From Lytechinus pictus (lineage: Eukaryota): a stretch of DNA of 64,000 bases. How positions within the stretch are numbered: position 1 is the first letter of the stretch; each line of letters begins with the position of its first letter. Positions 1-12,900 of this stretch are shown here, piece after piece. The notes under the pieces were generated by a model. That model saw only the letters and a program-made list of their open reading frames with translations. It was not told the origin of the DNA and did not search any database. A program made the position numbers and the translations under genes. Location: NCBI RefSeq assembly GCF_037042905.1, contig NC_087245.1, forward strand, positions 42,720,001 through 42,784,000, written 5' to 3'.

Positions 1-163
1 CAGGATGTGCATTATATCTGTTTTGTGAAAATAAGCAAAATTTTAGAACATCACCATTAAAAAAAATAACATCCGATTTTGATGATTTTTTCAAGGTTCT
101 GCTTCTCTAATTTTTCTCTTTTCATTCAAATAAACATTTTATCGGGGTGGACATGCCCTTTAA
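1..163. mobile_element. Right end of a TTAA-flanked MITE (same family as 20180-20771)
   Basis: Ends ...GGGGTGGACATGCCCT-TTAA. The internal sequence resembles the right arm of 20180-20771. Confidence 0.6.
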
Positions 164-334
164 CTTGTCGTATATTGTTTATCATTTCACTATGTTTGTC
201 AATTCATAGACCATATGAGAGTTGAAAGATGGATCGATATTATGCAATCTTTTAGTGTTGATATTACTAACATTATGAACATCATTTTCTTTAGCATTAT
301 TGCAGCAACAACTGTTTTAATATATACACCCAAT

Positions 335-448
335 CAGTGGCTGACCGTGACCCGGAGGAGACAAAGCATTGGAGGGGCACAGCATTGTTCACAAACAATA
401 CAGTGCCCCTCCAATCAATTGTCTCGTCCGGGTCACGGTCCGCCACTG
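335..448. mobile_element. 114-bp hairpin MITE, hAT-like
   Basis: Termini CAGTGGC...GCCACTG and a near-palindromic body. Exact 8-bp TSD CACCCAAT at 327-334 and 449-456. Confidence 0.85.
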
Positions 449-1611
449 CACCCAATAATTTCAAAGCTGATGTTGTAAAACTCGTTTTTTGGTCAACTGC
501 CAATAGGGCATCCTTTGAAGGTGTTGCGAGCGTGAATCGCAAGCTCAAACTTTTGGACATTTCAATAAGAAATGAAAATAAAACATTTTGAGCAGTTTTT
601 GCAATCATTAAAAAGATGTGCATCTAACTGACGAATTAACACGAGCGCGAAGTGCGAGCTGAAATATACTGACCAGAAAAGGAACCTGTTAAGGACTGCG
701 TTTAGTGACTCATGAATAGGATACATCGAATAATGCGAGTGCGAAGCGCGAGCTAAAAAAATATTCCAGTCTGAAAACTGGACATTCTAAGCCTTTTTAT
801 AACCGGAAACGGTGAGTACCTTACTAAACAATAAATTATAACAATAACCAAAAAATTTGGATTTTCTAATCTAACATGTATACTTTAAAAAGGGTATGTC
901 ATTTTGAAAAACGGCACATTTTATTTTGAAAAAACAAAGGGAATTTCCCTATTAGGAAAATAGTATTTCGTTCCTACGGGATTATTATTATTATCATTAT
1001 TATTATTATTCATTTTTTTTTTGGGGGGGGGAGGGAGGGTGCAAGTGCCCCCTGCCACCCCCCCCCCCATCCACTTTCACCGCCCCTGTGGGAAAGGGTT
1101 GATCTATCGTTACCAGGGGCGTTTACGTACGCAAAAATGTCTCAAAGGAATGATCATAGGCTTATGAGTCTAGTTCATGTTTTTCTCTCATTGCTAGACC
1201 TGCAAATTTATTTGATTGTTCATTTCATTTATCCGGTTTAAACATAAATAAATGTACATGATACAAAGGCACAAGGACCAAACTGAACATGTATACGATA
1301 AGTACAACTTAAAACACAGGCTACAGAACATCAAACAAATAAAATGCATTCAACGAGAAAACTACTATTAACCTATTAACGAAAACCAGTATAAGAGCAG
1401 ATAGAAGTCATCGAATCATATCTCGATAGGGGCGCGTTGATGCATTTTGAAATTGTTTTGTAAAAGTTCAAAATGTCTACTAAAAGATCCATTCTTGATT
1501 AAATGTTTACCACTTGTAAACCTAATTTTAAAAAATCGCTCTGCACGGGGGGGGGGGGTGATTGTTTGGACCAGAATAGGGGTGATAAAGACCCCTTTTG
1601 GGCTTTTTTTT

Positions 1612-3415
1612 TACATTTTCGGATTAACGAACCTCATTTCGTTTTCGGACTAACGATCCTTCGGAATTACGAACCTTATTTCGTTTTCGGACTAACGAAC
1701 CTTCGGAATTGCGAACCTTATTTCGTTTTCGGACTAACGAACCTTCGGAATTACGAACCAGTGGCGTAACAGGCGGGGGGGGGGGGCAGGGGGGGCAAGC
1801 TGCCCCCCCCCCCCCCCTGGCGGAGCTCACCGGGAAAATAAAAAAAAACGGGAAAAAGAAAAAAAAGGGGGGGAAGAAAGGGAAAGGGAAAAGAAAACTA
1901 AGAAAAAACATAACAAAGGGAAAACGGAAAGACAACGGGAAAAGGGAGGAAAAAAGAACATGTGAGAAAGAACAATTCGGCCCGATATACAAATCCATTA
2001 GCATGATTAGTAAGACAGGGAAATAAATTAAAGATGACAAAAAGGCAAACAAAAGCGGGAAATAAAGGCAGAATGGAATTAGCCAAAATCTAAATTGGAA
2101 ATAAAGAATAGGGACAAGATAACGTACACTACCGGGCTGCCGAGGATTGAGATAACGAGTGGGAAGAAAAATGGATGGTATATAGCATAATGTCGTATGA
2201 AAGTCTATCATAAACTTGCTAAATCTCCAAAGGCTCTGTCCAAGAGCCAAGACCCCGTGCAGTGGGGGCTCTTCATCTGTAACCTTTAATGGGTTCTATA
2301 ACGGGCCCCTATATGGACCCTTCCTGCATTAAGCTTTACGTTGAAGGACTGGCGTACCGGGGGGTGGTTCCACAGCCAAGGAAATAAAAGAAAATAAAGG
2401 AGGCAGCGAAATGAGATGAATGAAAAAAATATATATGACATGATATTTGCTACAATGATGTAAAAATCTATCACATAATTAGAATTTCATTTTAACAGGC
2501 CATTTTTTTCCTTGCTCGCTTCGCTCGCTGGCGACTTTTTACAAATTTTCCCACATTTGCTATGGTGTGCCCCTCACAATATTTGGATGATTACGATACA
2601 CAACTGCATTGAATTTATGTGTTGTGTTAAAGCTATATAAATATACACGCAATTTGATTAAAATAAGTGGCCATCTGTAAGGTTTAAATGGCTTTGATAT
2701 CAAGAGGTTCCGGGGCTCTACCCTGGACCCCACCCATAGAGCAGTGTTATATGGATGAGTTTAGACCATGGCCCCCAAAAGTTCTACAACCAAACAAACA
2801 AAAATGGGGAAAGAAAGAAAAGTGTATTATATTTTTCTGAATATCACGTTAAAATCTATCTTCATGTTAGATTCTCATGAAAATGTGATTTTTTTTAAAT
2901 CTCGCTCGTTACGCTCGCTCGGGACCTATATTAAGCTACTTCTTGCCAGAAGCGCCATACTCGGCCCCCTCGAGCATATAGAGCTTCGCCCCGATGCTCA
3001 CAATCATAACAAAAATCGTGTTCACCGTGGCGTACAAAAAAAGAGAGAAAAAAGGAAAGAGAGGAGGGTGAATATTTATCACAAAATTTGATTTTTGCAA
3101 TAAAAATGTCAGAAAATTTTTGCTCGCTCGCTTCGTTCGCTCGCTTATATATATATATATATATGCCCGATACGCCATATCGCCCCCTCAAAATTTTTGC
3201 CTTATGACGCCATTGCCTGTTCCATGATATGACCGGGAAATTTTTGGCTCTTGCCCCCCCCCCCCCCCCTGGCCACCGACCCCTGTTACGCCGCTGTTAC
3301 GAACCTCATTTCGTTTTCGGACTAACGAACCTTCGGAATTACGAACTTTCGGAATAAAACGAATCTTCGGAATACTGGAACCTTCGCAATAGCGAAGCGT
3401 CGGAATTACGAATGT
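1612..3415. repeat. 42-bp tandem repeat (TTACGAACCTTATTTCGTTTTCGGACTAACGAACCTTCGGAA) split by a hAT-like insertion
   Basis: About 3.5 units at 1612-1758. The array resumes in register at 3297-3415. Confidence 0.8.
1759..3296. mobile_element. Non-autonomous hAT-like DNA transposon
   Basis: TIRs CAGTGGCGTAACAGG / CCTGTTACGCCGCTG with G/C-run subterminal regions. Exact 8-bp TSD TTACGAAC (1751-1758, 3297-3304). No transposase ORF. Confidence 0.85.
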
Positions 3416-3720
3416 ATGCGGCCAGGGATGACGTTAGAACAAAATTTCTCAAATGCGCCAAAGGTTTTCACTTGTTTAACACAAAAATATTATGTTTCAA
3501 TGATAGATTTTGACATAATAGTCAGAACACAGTACACGATACCCTATTTCATCATTTCCCCTTTCCTTTCCTCTCCTTTTCCTTTTTTATTTCTTGGTCG
3601 TGAACTTTTTATGGGGGCGCAAGGCCCCCAAGCTCCCTTTCTGTACGGTATTTTTTGTTGTTGCGAAAGAGCAGGCAAACTATCATATAGTTTATCATGT
3701 TTATAGGTCTCTGGGTATAT

Positions 3721-3902
3721 CAGGAGCCGCGGAAGCGGGGGGGGGGGGGGGGAGGGGGGAGGCTTCAGCCCCCCCCCCACTTTTTTCCAAAACCATGTAC
3801 AAAAACGTAAAAATGACCATATGATTGTGATTTTTTGCATGGTCAGCCCCCCCCCCACTTTTGGCTCAGCCCCCCACTTTGAAAACCGTTCCGCGGCCCC
3901 TG
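3721..3902. mobile_element. Short MITE (CAGGRGCCGCGG termini)
   Basis: CAGGAGCCGCGGAA...TTCCGCGGCCCCTG inverted termini. No clean TSD. Confidence 0.55.
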
Positions 3903-3960
3903 TATATAATAAAACGGAGTAGAACTGTTCAGTTTAACGATTGTACGGTGTCAGCTGCTG

Positions 3961-6900
3961 TTATCTTTTAACATTTTCCTCGTGCTTCCTTTGGCCGTTA
4001 TTGTTTCGTACTTTCTCTTTTGTGTCATCCCTCTGTTTCTTTCTCGATTTATTTCTCTTATCTCGGTCTCTATTTTTATGAAATGCAGCATCTCTTTTCC
4101 GGGCCTTCGCCTCCATTCTTGACTTGGTATTTTTATGCGGGATGGGCCTGGCCCCGGGAACTAGTTCCAGGACTTTCTGCATTAACTGTTCCTTCTCAAT
4201 AATGAAGGTCTCATTCCCGCGTTTCAGTTCAACCAGTCGATCCTCTGTTTGGACTCTGCGACGAGCTTCGCGCTCCAGCTTCATGTAGTCCCTTACACTC
4301 CGGATGGCGTAGTTGGTTTCTTTCATCAACTGGTGATACTTCCTTAAAAAGGGAGAATCTAGTGGTTCGTCCGATTCTGGGCCTATTTCCCATGATGGAT
4401 GCCTGGGAAGGCAAAGAAAAATAAAACTTTGATTTATCTCACTGTTAAGGAAGGAGTTAACATAAAATAGAGCCTACAGAAAAATACAAACATAAAGTAG
4501 AAAAGCCAAATGCAGATTATGACACATTTTATCCCCGTGAAGAGCTTTTTATATTTTCGCATTTCTTTCTCGGAAGATCCGTGAAACTTAAGCTCTCGTG
4601 TTGTTCACACTTATTTCATGGACACACACCTTTCACAATGCTCTCACTTATGCTGTGCTAACACACCCTCACTGTGCGTACAACCTTCATGCTGTGCCCA
4701 CACACATTTCACGATGCTCTCACTTCATTCACACTACTCACTCACGTTCCAATGACCGTGTTCACCCTCCTTCGACACTGCTCTCACTCACTGCTATACT
4801 CACTCTCACTCCACACTGCTCATCCACTTATATGCCGTGCTCTGAATTAATTCTTCGATCCACACTGTGTTAATACACATTTCACACTTTCCTTTAACAC
4901 ACTCCTACACACACTACTTTTACACCATCCATATTGTGCTCACACCTTTCATACATAATGTGCTCACATTCTTTCACACTTTGCTCACACTCCTTCCATA
5001 CTGTGGTCACCCACCTACCATTAAGTGCTCTCACACTCCTTCCATACTGTGCTCACACACCTACCATACTGTGCTCTCATACCTAACATACTGTGCTCAC
5101 ACACCTACCATGCTGTGCTCACACACCTACCAGGGTGTACTCACACACCTACCATGCTGTGCTCACACACCTTCCATACTGTGCTCACACACCTACCATA
5201 CTGTGCTCACACACCTACCAGGGTGTACTCACACACCTACCATGCTGTGCTCACACACCTTCCATACTGTACTCACACATCTTCCATACTGTACTCACAC
5301 ACCTACCATGCTGTACTCACATATCTTCCGTACTGTACTCACACACCTACCATACTGTACTCACACACCTACCATTAAGTGCTCTCACACTCCTTCCATA
5401 CTGTGCTCACACACCTACCATACTGTGCTCACACACCTACCAGGGTGTACTCACACACCTACCATGCTGTGCTCACACACCTTCCATACTGTACTCACAC
5501 ATCTTCCATACTGTACTCACATACCTACCATGCTGTACTCACACATCTTCCGTACTGTGCTCTCATACCTAACATACTGTACTCACACACCTACCATTAA
5601 GTGCTCTCACACTCCTTCCATACTGTGCTCACACACCTACCATACTGTGCTCACACACCTACCAGGGTGTACTCACACACCTACCATGCTGTGCTCACAC
5701 ACCTTCCATACTGTACTCACACATCTTCCATACTGTACTCACACACCTACCATGCTGTACTCACACATCTTCCGTACTGTGCTCTCATACCTAACATACT
5801 GTACTCACACACCTACCATTAAGTGCTCTCACACTCCTTCCATACTGTGCTCACACACCTACCATACTGTGCTCACACACCTACCAGGGTGTACTCACAC
5901 ACCTACCATGCTGTGCTCACACACCTTCCATACTGTACTCACACATCTTCCATACTGTACTCACACACCTACCATACTGTGGTCACCCACCTACCATGCT
6001 GTGCTCACACACCTTCCATACTGTACTCACACATCTTCCATACTGTACTCACACACCTACCATGCTGTACTCACACATCTTCCGTACTGTGCTCTCATAC
6101 CTAACATACTGTGCTCACACACCTACCATGCTGTGCTCACACACCTACCAGGGTGTACTCACACACCTACCATGCTGTGCTCACACACCTTCCATACTGT
6201 ACTCACACATCTTCCATACTGTACTCACACATCTTCCGTAATGTGCTCACACATCTACCATACTGTACTCACACACCTACCATGCTGTACTCACACATCT
6301 TCCATACCGAACTCACACACCTTCCATACTGTACTCACACATATTTCATACTGTACTCACACATCTTCCGTACTGTGCTCTCATACCTAACATACTGTAC
6401 TCACACACCTACCATACTGTGGTCACCCACCTACCATTAAGTGCTCTCACACACCTTCCATACTGTACTCACACATCTTCCATACTGTACTCACACACCT
6501 ACCATGCTGTACTCACACATCTTCCGTACTGTGCTCTCATACCTAACATACTGTGCTCACACACCTACCATGCTGTGCTCACACACCTACCAGGGTGTAC
6601 TCACACACCTACCATGCTGTGCTCACACACCTTCCATACTGTACTCACACATCTTCCATACTGTACTCACACATCTTCCGTAATGTGCTCACACATCTAC
6701 CATACTGTACTCACACACCTGCCATGCTGTACTCACACATCTTCCATACCGAACTCACACACCTTCCATACTGTACTCACACATATTTCATACTGTACTC
6801 ACACATCTTCCGTACTGTGCTCTCATACCTAACATACTGTACTCACATCTACCATACTGTGGTCACCCACCTACCATAAAGTGCTCTCACACTGCTTCCA

Positions 6901-9900
6901 TACTGTGCTCACACACCTAGCATGCTTGCTCACATACCTACCAGGGTGTACTCACACACCTACCATGCTGTGCTCACACACCTTCCATACTGTACTCACA
7001 CATCTTCCATACTGTACTCACACATCTTCCGTAATGTGCTCACACATCTACCATACTGTACTCACATACCTACCATGCTGTACTCACACATCTTCCATAC
7101 CGAACTCACACACCTTCCATACTGTACTCACACATATTTCATACTGTACTCACACATCTTCCGTACTGTGCTCTCATACCTAACATACTGTACTCACACA
7201 CCTACCATACTGTGGTCACCCACCTACCATTAAGTGCTCTCACACACCTTCCATACTGTACTCACACATCTTCCATACTGTACTCACACACCTACCATGC
7301 TGTACTCACACATCTTCCGTACTGTGCTCTCATACCTAACATACTGTGCTCACACACCTACCATGCTGTGCTCACACACCTACCAGGGTGTACTCACACA
7401 CCTACCATGCTGTGCTCACACACCTTCCATACTGTACTCACACATCTTCCATACTGTACTCACACATCTTCCGTAATGTGCTCACACATCTACCATACTG
7501 TACTCACACACCTACCATGCTGTACTCACACATCTTCCATACCGAACTCACACACCTTCCATACTGTACTCACACATATTTCATACTGTACTCACACATC
7601 TTCCGTACTGTGCTCTCATACCTAACATACTGTACTCACATCTACCATACTGTGGTCACCCACCTACCATTAAGTGCTCTCACACTCCTTCCATACTGTG
7701 CTCACACACCTAGCATGCTTGCTCACATACCTACCAGGGTGTACTCACACACCTACCATGCTGTGCACACACACCTTCCATACTGTACTCGCACATCTTC
7801 CATACTGTACTCACACATCTTCCGTACTGTGCTCACACATCTACCATACTGTACTCGCACACCAACCATGCTGTACTCACACATCTTCCATACTGTACTC
7901 ACACATCTACCATACTGTACTCACACATCTTCCGTACTGTGCTCACACATCTACCATACTGTACTCACACACCTACCATGCTGTACTCACACATCTTCTA
8001 TACTGTACTCACACACCTACCATGCTGAACTCACACATCTTCCATACTGTACTCATACATCTTCCGTACTGTACTCACACACCTACCATACTGTGCTCAC
8101 ACACACCTCCCATACTGTCCTCATATACCTTTCATACTAATATACTCCTTTCTTACTATGCTCATACACCTTTTATATTGTGATCACACACATTTCACAA
8201 TTACAACACTCCTTTCACACTGTGCTTACACACCTTTCGCATTGCTCACACACTTTTACAATTAACACACTCCTGCCACAGTCACTCCTTCCACATTTCC
8301 ACTCATGAACAGTTGGAAATTGAGAGAGAGAAAATTGATTTCACACAAATAGACTTTTAGAAGGGAAAGTGCACACAGGGGGAAAGACAAATTATCGGAT
8401 AAAATCCCAAATTGTACTTTGTCCTTTTTGCGTAGGCCTATTGAGGTTAACTCAGTCCTTCCATTTAACTTGGTTTTCTACATACATTTCATTCCCAATA
8501 CATGTGACGTTTACATTAGAAGGCATCTAATATACAGTTGAGGCCAAAAGTTTACAAACACCCATGGAATTCAGTGAAATTTGTTCGCTTTACAAACAAA
8601 ATAAAATTTACGATCTTCAGAAATATAAATACTACCATGACGAATCTTGTATCAAGCTCTTTCATATGATTGGGATGCTATTGGAATTGAAGTATATTTC
8701 AGGTGGAGTTTTTTTTTTGAAGAAAAAGTAATATCATTTCAAACATCATTTCATAGAAATATATAAATGTCAAATCTATGATTTATATGATATGTCACCA
8801 CTGAACAAAAGAGTGTAATCTGAAATGTTTGTGTTGAGACGTAACTAGCACAAATATGAAATACTTTTGTCAAGTTTTTAATTTTAATTTGTCTAAAATA
8901 TGAATATTTTTGGGAAAAATGACACGTAAATATTTTTCAGCTCCTGATGACAAAGCAATGTGATGAATGGGCATGACGTACTCTTTTCGTCATGATAGCA
9001 CAAATATTTTATAAGATACAGTAAATTTTATGATGATTGGCGAGTGTCAACTTTTCTTTGAATTTCCTTGGTGTATGTAAACTTTTGGCTTAAACTGTAA
9101 TTCATAGTAAATTCATAGTAAACATGGTAATGATTGATAGAAATTACTTGAAAGAAAGTCGATGTTTCGTTGCCCATCGTTTGAAAACAGCTTTCTCTGT
9201 GATGAAAAGATGTCCCCCGTCAAGGCGCGTTTCACTCACATTGTAGTAGGTGCACTCCTTTATTCCCATTGGTTCGTAATAATGGTAAGGGATTGATTCA
9301 TTGCTATTTATAAGCCGACAAGAAAAAAGGAAGAATAATGTAAATATATTACAAGCTTTATATAGTAATTATTGATCAGGAATTATAATGACCTGGAGCA
9401 AAAGATGCCCGATTCTATTAAAAAATATGACTGTTTTATTCCAAGAGTTCTGACTCTCTATGTTTGAGACAGGCTTACAGTACACTAAATTGTGTCAGCA
9501 GATCAATGAAAAAATCCCGAAATACTTCTCTTTCGAGGCCTATATTCTACTAAAATTACAATAAAATTCCAATAAATCTTCTCTTGAAAACTGAGTTGAT
9601 GTGAATAAAAGGTGAACTCTTGAGTCCAAACTCGGTTTTGATATGGACAGTCAATTATGACACAAATCTCTAACAGCAACTTATCGGTTCAATCGATACT
9701 AAAATCAATTATAAGCTTGAGTATTCGAATGTCTGACAATTATAACTAAGTCATTTTCCCTCACCATTTAATTATATACTGTATGAAGAAAGGGCGCAGT
9801 ATTATATAAGAGACATACGAAGTTAATAAAATTCTGAAAATGGCATCTAAGGTCTAAATTCTAAGCACAGATACATGCAGAATAATGGCCTGAGTTGAAC

Positions 9901-12900
9901 CGGAGTTAAGAATACACTGCAAAAACTCTGGTGTTGATTTAACACCAGCCCGGAATCTATATATGTCCACACCAGAGAAGTGTTAAACAACACCAGTTTC
10001 GTTTTGGTCTAACACCAGATAGGTGTTTATACAACACCAATTAGTATTAAAACAGCATCGGTTTGATTCCAAACTTGTTTCAATACCTCTCTGGTGTGGA
10101 CATATATAGATTCCGGGCTGGTGTTAAATCAACACCGGAGTTTTTGCAGTGTTCTGACCTTCACCTGGTAGATGAGCAGTAATCATCATTAGCCATTCCA
10201 TAGACATTAATTTCATTGCAGATATCCATAGCAGCAAGCATGGTAAACCAACCAGTACTCAACCACGTGTTGGCTTGTTGCCTGCAAATAAACAGTTTCA
10301 ATAAAAAAAAATATATACATAACAACTTTGGAAAAAAAAGACAAAACTCTAGTGAAGGCTTACATGGGTAGATATATTATTAGGGCACTTTTTCCAAACA
10401 AAAAAGGGGGAGTTTAGAGCAACAGCCAGCTGCCCCTAACACTAACACATGGGAAGATGTAGCCGATAGCCGTCATCTAATGGAGAGCTACTGTTAGTGA
10501 CGTAGTTGTAAGATAGACGGTGGATATTACACCGGAATGCTCAATTGGCAGACCAAAGAGCTAGGAGAAAGGCGAGGGCAGCATTTTTATCAGCATATCG
10601 CTCTCAGCAGCGCCTGCCTCCTTCATCTGCACAAATTGCTCGAGGTACTGCCATTTGATAATGGGACTCTATATAAGGCCACTTAAGAAAATGTATCACC
10701 TAGTGCTACGGCGCTTTTGAGACGAACGGATGACGATCAAAGACGACGACTTATATAGCGCTTTACACTTACTTTCTCTCTAAGCGCTATACTGTAACCA
10801 AAACATATTACCATAACTCTTTAAATCGTGCACTCATGTCTAATTCCTCTCCTAGAAGGAAATGTGAATTTACAAAAAAAAAAATGTATACAGATTTACA
10901 ACGAAAAAATACGCCAAATTGCTACCTTGTGAGTCCTGTCTCGTCTCTGAAGACCTTCTCTGCGTATCTCATCTGATCTGAATTGAAAGCATAAAACTTC
11001 ACTCCGGGGTATAGGTGTGCAAGTAGCACGGCATAGCGGTATTCACGGTCTTGTAGTTTCCTTACATTCACCTATAAACATAGTATTTAAATAATACATA
11101 TTTTATTTATTGGTATTCCTTGTTGTTACTGATTTTAAGTCTGTTTAGATGCAGAAGTTTGTTTGAATAAAAAAGTAGATATGAAAATAGTGTACCTATC
11201 GGTATTTAGGCCTTTTAAAATTTGTAGGCATAACATTGGTGACAAATAACACTTTTTGTTTGCCTCTTTTTTATGACATGTTGAGACTTGAGACATTTCA
11301 GTATTAACTAAAAAAATGTTAGGACACTGAAAAGGTACGAATCTGAAGATGAAAATTTGTTGCTTCAGATCTGTCTCTGCATGGGATCTGTTTATTGCTT
11401 GCCAATTGAGAAAGAAATGATTAATATCATGTCGAATTTTGACAAAGCTGCTGAAGGCGTGAATATTCTTTTTATGAATTAACATACAGACAATTCTAAT
11501 GCTTATACGCTGTAAACGACGCCAGTGTCAATTTTAACACTAGATGACCACACCAGAGAGGTGCTGGAACAGTACCAGTTTAGAATCAACCTGATTTTGT
11601 TTTAAAACTAACTGTTTCGTTGTGGCAGACCAGCTTCAAACTCGCGTCGTTTTAACACTTCTATGGTGTCAGTGGTCATGTGGGTCCCGTAACACAAAGG
11701 TCAACGATTAGTCGTAAGCTTTTTTTTTTCCTGATTAATTGTACATTGAAGTCAATACAATCAATCGTAAAAAAATTTTCAACGATGATTACTAAGCTTT
11801 GTCTTGCCATGCTTACGGGACCCAAACGGTAGGGGAAGGCGGGGTAAGTTGAGCATAGGGGCAAGTTGAGCCACCACCCCCAGGCTAATAATGCATGAGT
11901 CAGACATTGTGTTGGTGTCATTTATTGATGACCAATTGCATAACCCTCAACCCCACCACATTGTTTTCAACTTTGAAACAAAAAGTACTTTTTTAGAGGG
12001 AAAAATACAAATTTCAGCCAAAAAAGTAAAAAAGGGTGTGAAATAGATAAGTGCTTTTTACCCACACACGTCTTTAAATATATTATAGAAATTAGAACAA
12101 TATTTTTAGTCCAGGTATGGATTCTCACTCTTGTCATAGTCTTTTACATGATGGATGCATAAGAAATGTGTGGATGTGAAATATCGCAAAAAGTTCTGAC
12201 GGGGCTAATTTAAGCCAACCAACATGGGGCAAGTTGAGCCATGGTAACTCTTATGGTAATATATAATATATAAAAAAAAAAAACATAAAAAGCCATTGTT
12301 ATGCAGGCAGAAAGGAGCAAATTCACATGACAGTTCTTTTACTTTTAGAACATGTTAGTATTTATAGAGAATTAGCAAGTGAAAAGACTTTAAATGAAAA
12401 ATTGACATCCTGGTTCTCCCGCATACATTTTGTACATAGTTTTTGTAGCTCAACTTACCCCAGGCGGTGGCACAACTTACCCCACAGATGGGGCAAGTTG
12501 AGCCATTTGACATCAATTTTTTCAAAGGTCACAACGATTTTTAGTGTGGGGGTAGAAAGTTATATATAGGTGAAAAATATTTCCCAAGAACCAAATTTAA
12601 AGGCAAGGTACTTATTTCTACAATATTACTAGTCATATCAATTCTAACATGCAAAATGCAAAAAGTGTCACAACTTATCCCGCCTTCCCCTACACTTAAC
12701 ATCGGTGTTTTGCAATGTTCTTACCCTGTTCATCCAATTTATCAATAAGTAATCACTTTTGGTGTCCACGTCTTGGAGCAACTCTTTACGCGCCTTGTCC
12801 GTCTTCTCAAACGACCTCACCAGATTGACGTGGGCGATCGACCTGAGTGTCGTCCTGGTACCGACGTCGTTTTCGAACCCCCTCACGGGAGCATTGTTCA

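Noticed and set aside
215..623. Overlapping ORFs with similar peptides on both strands
   Set aside because: Caused by the palindromic 114-bp MITE at 335-448.
1447..3858. Lys-rich, Phe-rich and Gly/Pro-rich short ORFs
   Set aside because: They derive from low-complexity interiors of non-autonomous elements and the 42-bp array.
4867..8183. His/Thr/Cys-rich ORFs up to 507 aa; CRISPR-like appearance
   Set aside because: These are translations of the 22-bp minisatellite in all three frames. The repeats are contiguous with no unique spacers, and no cas genes are present.
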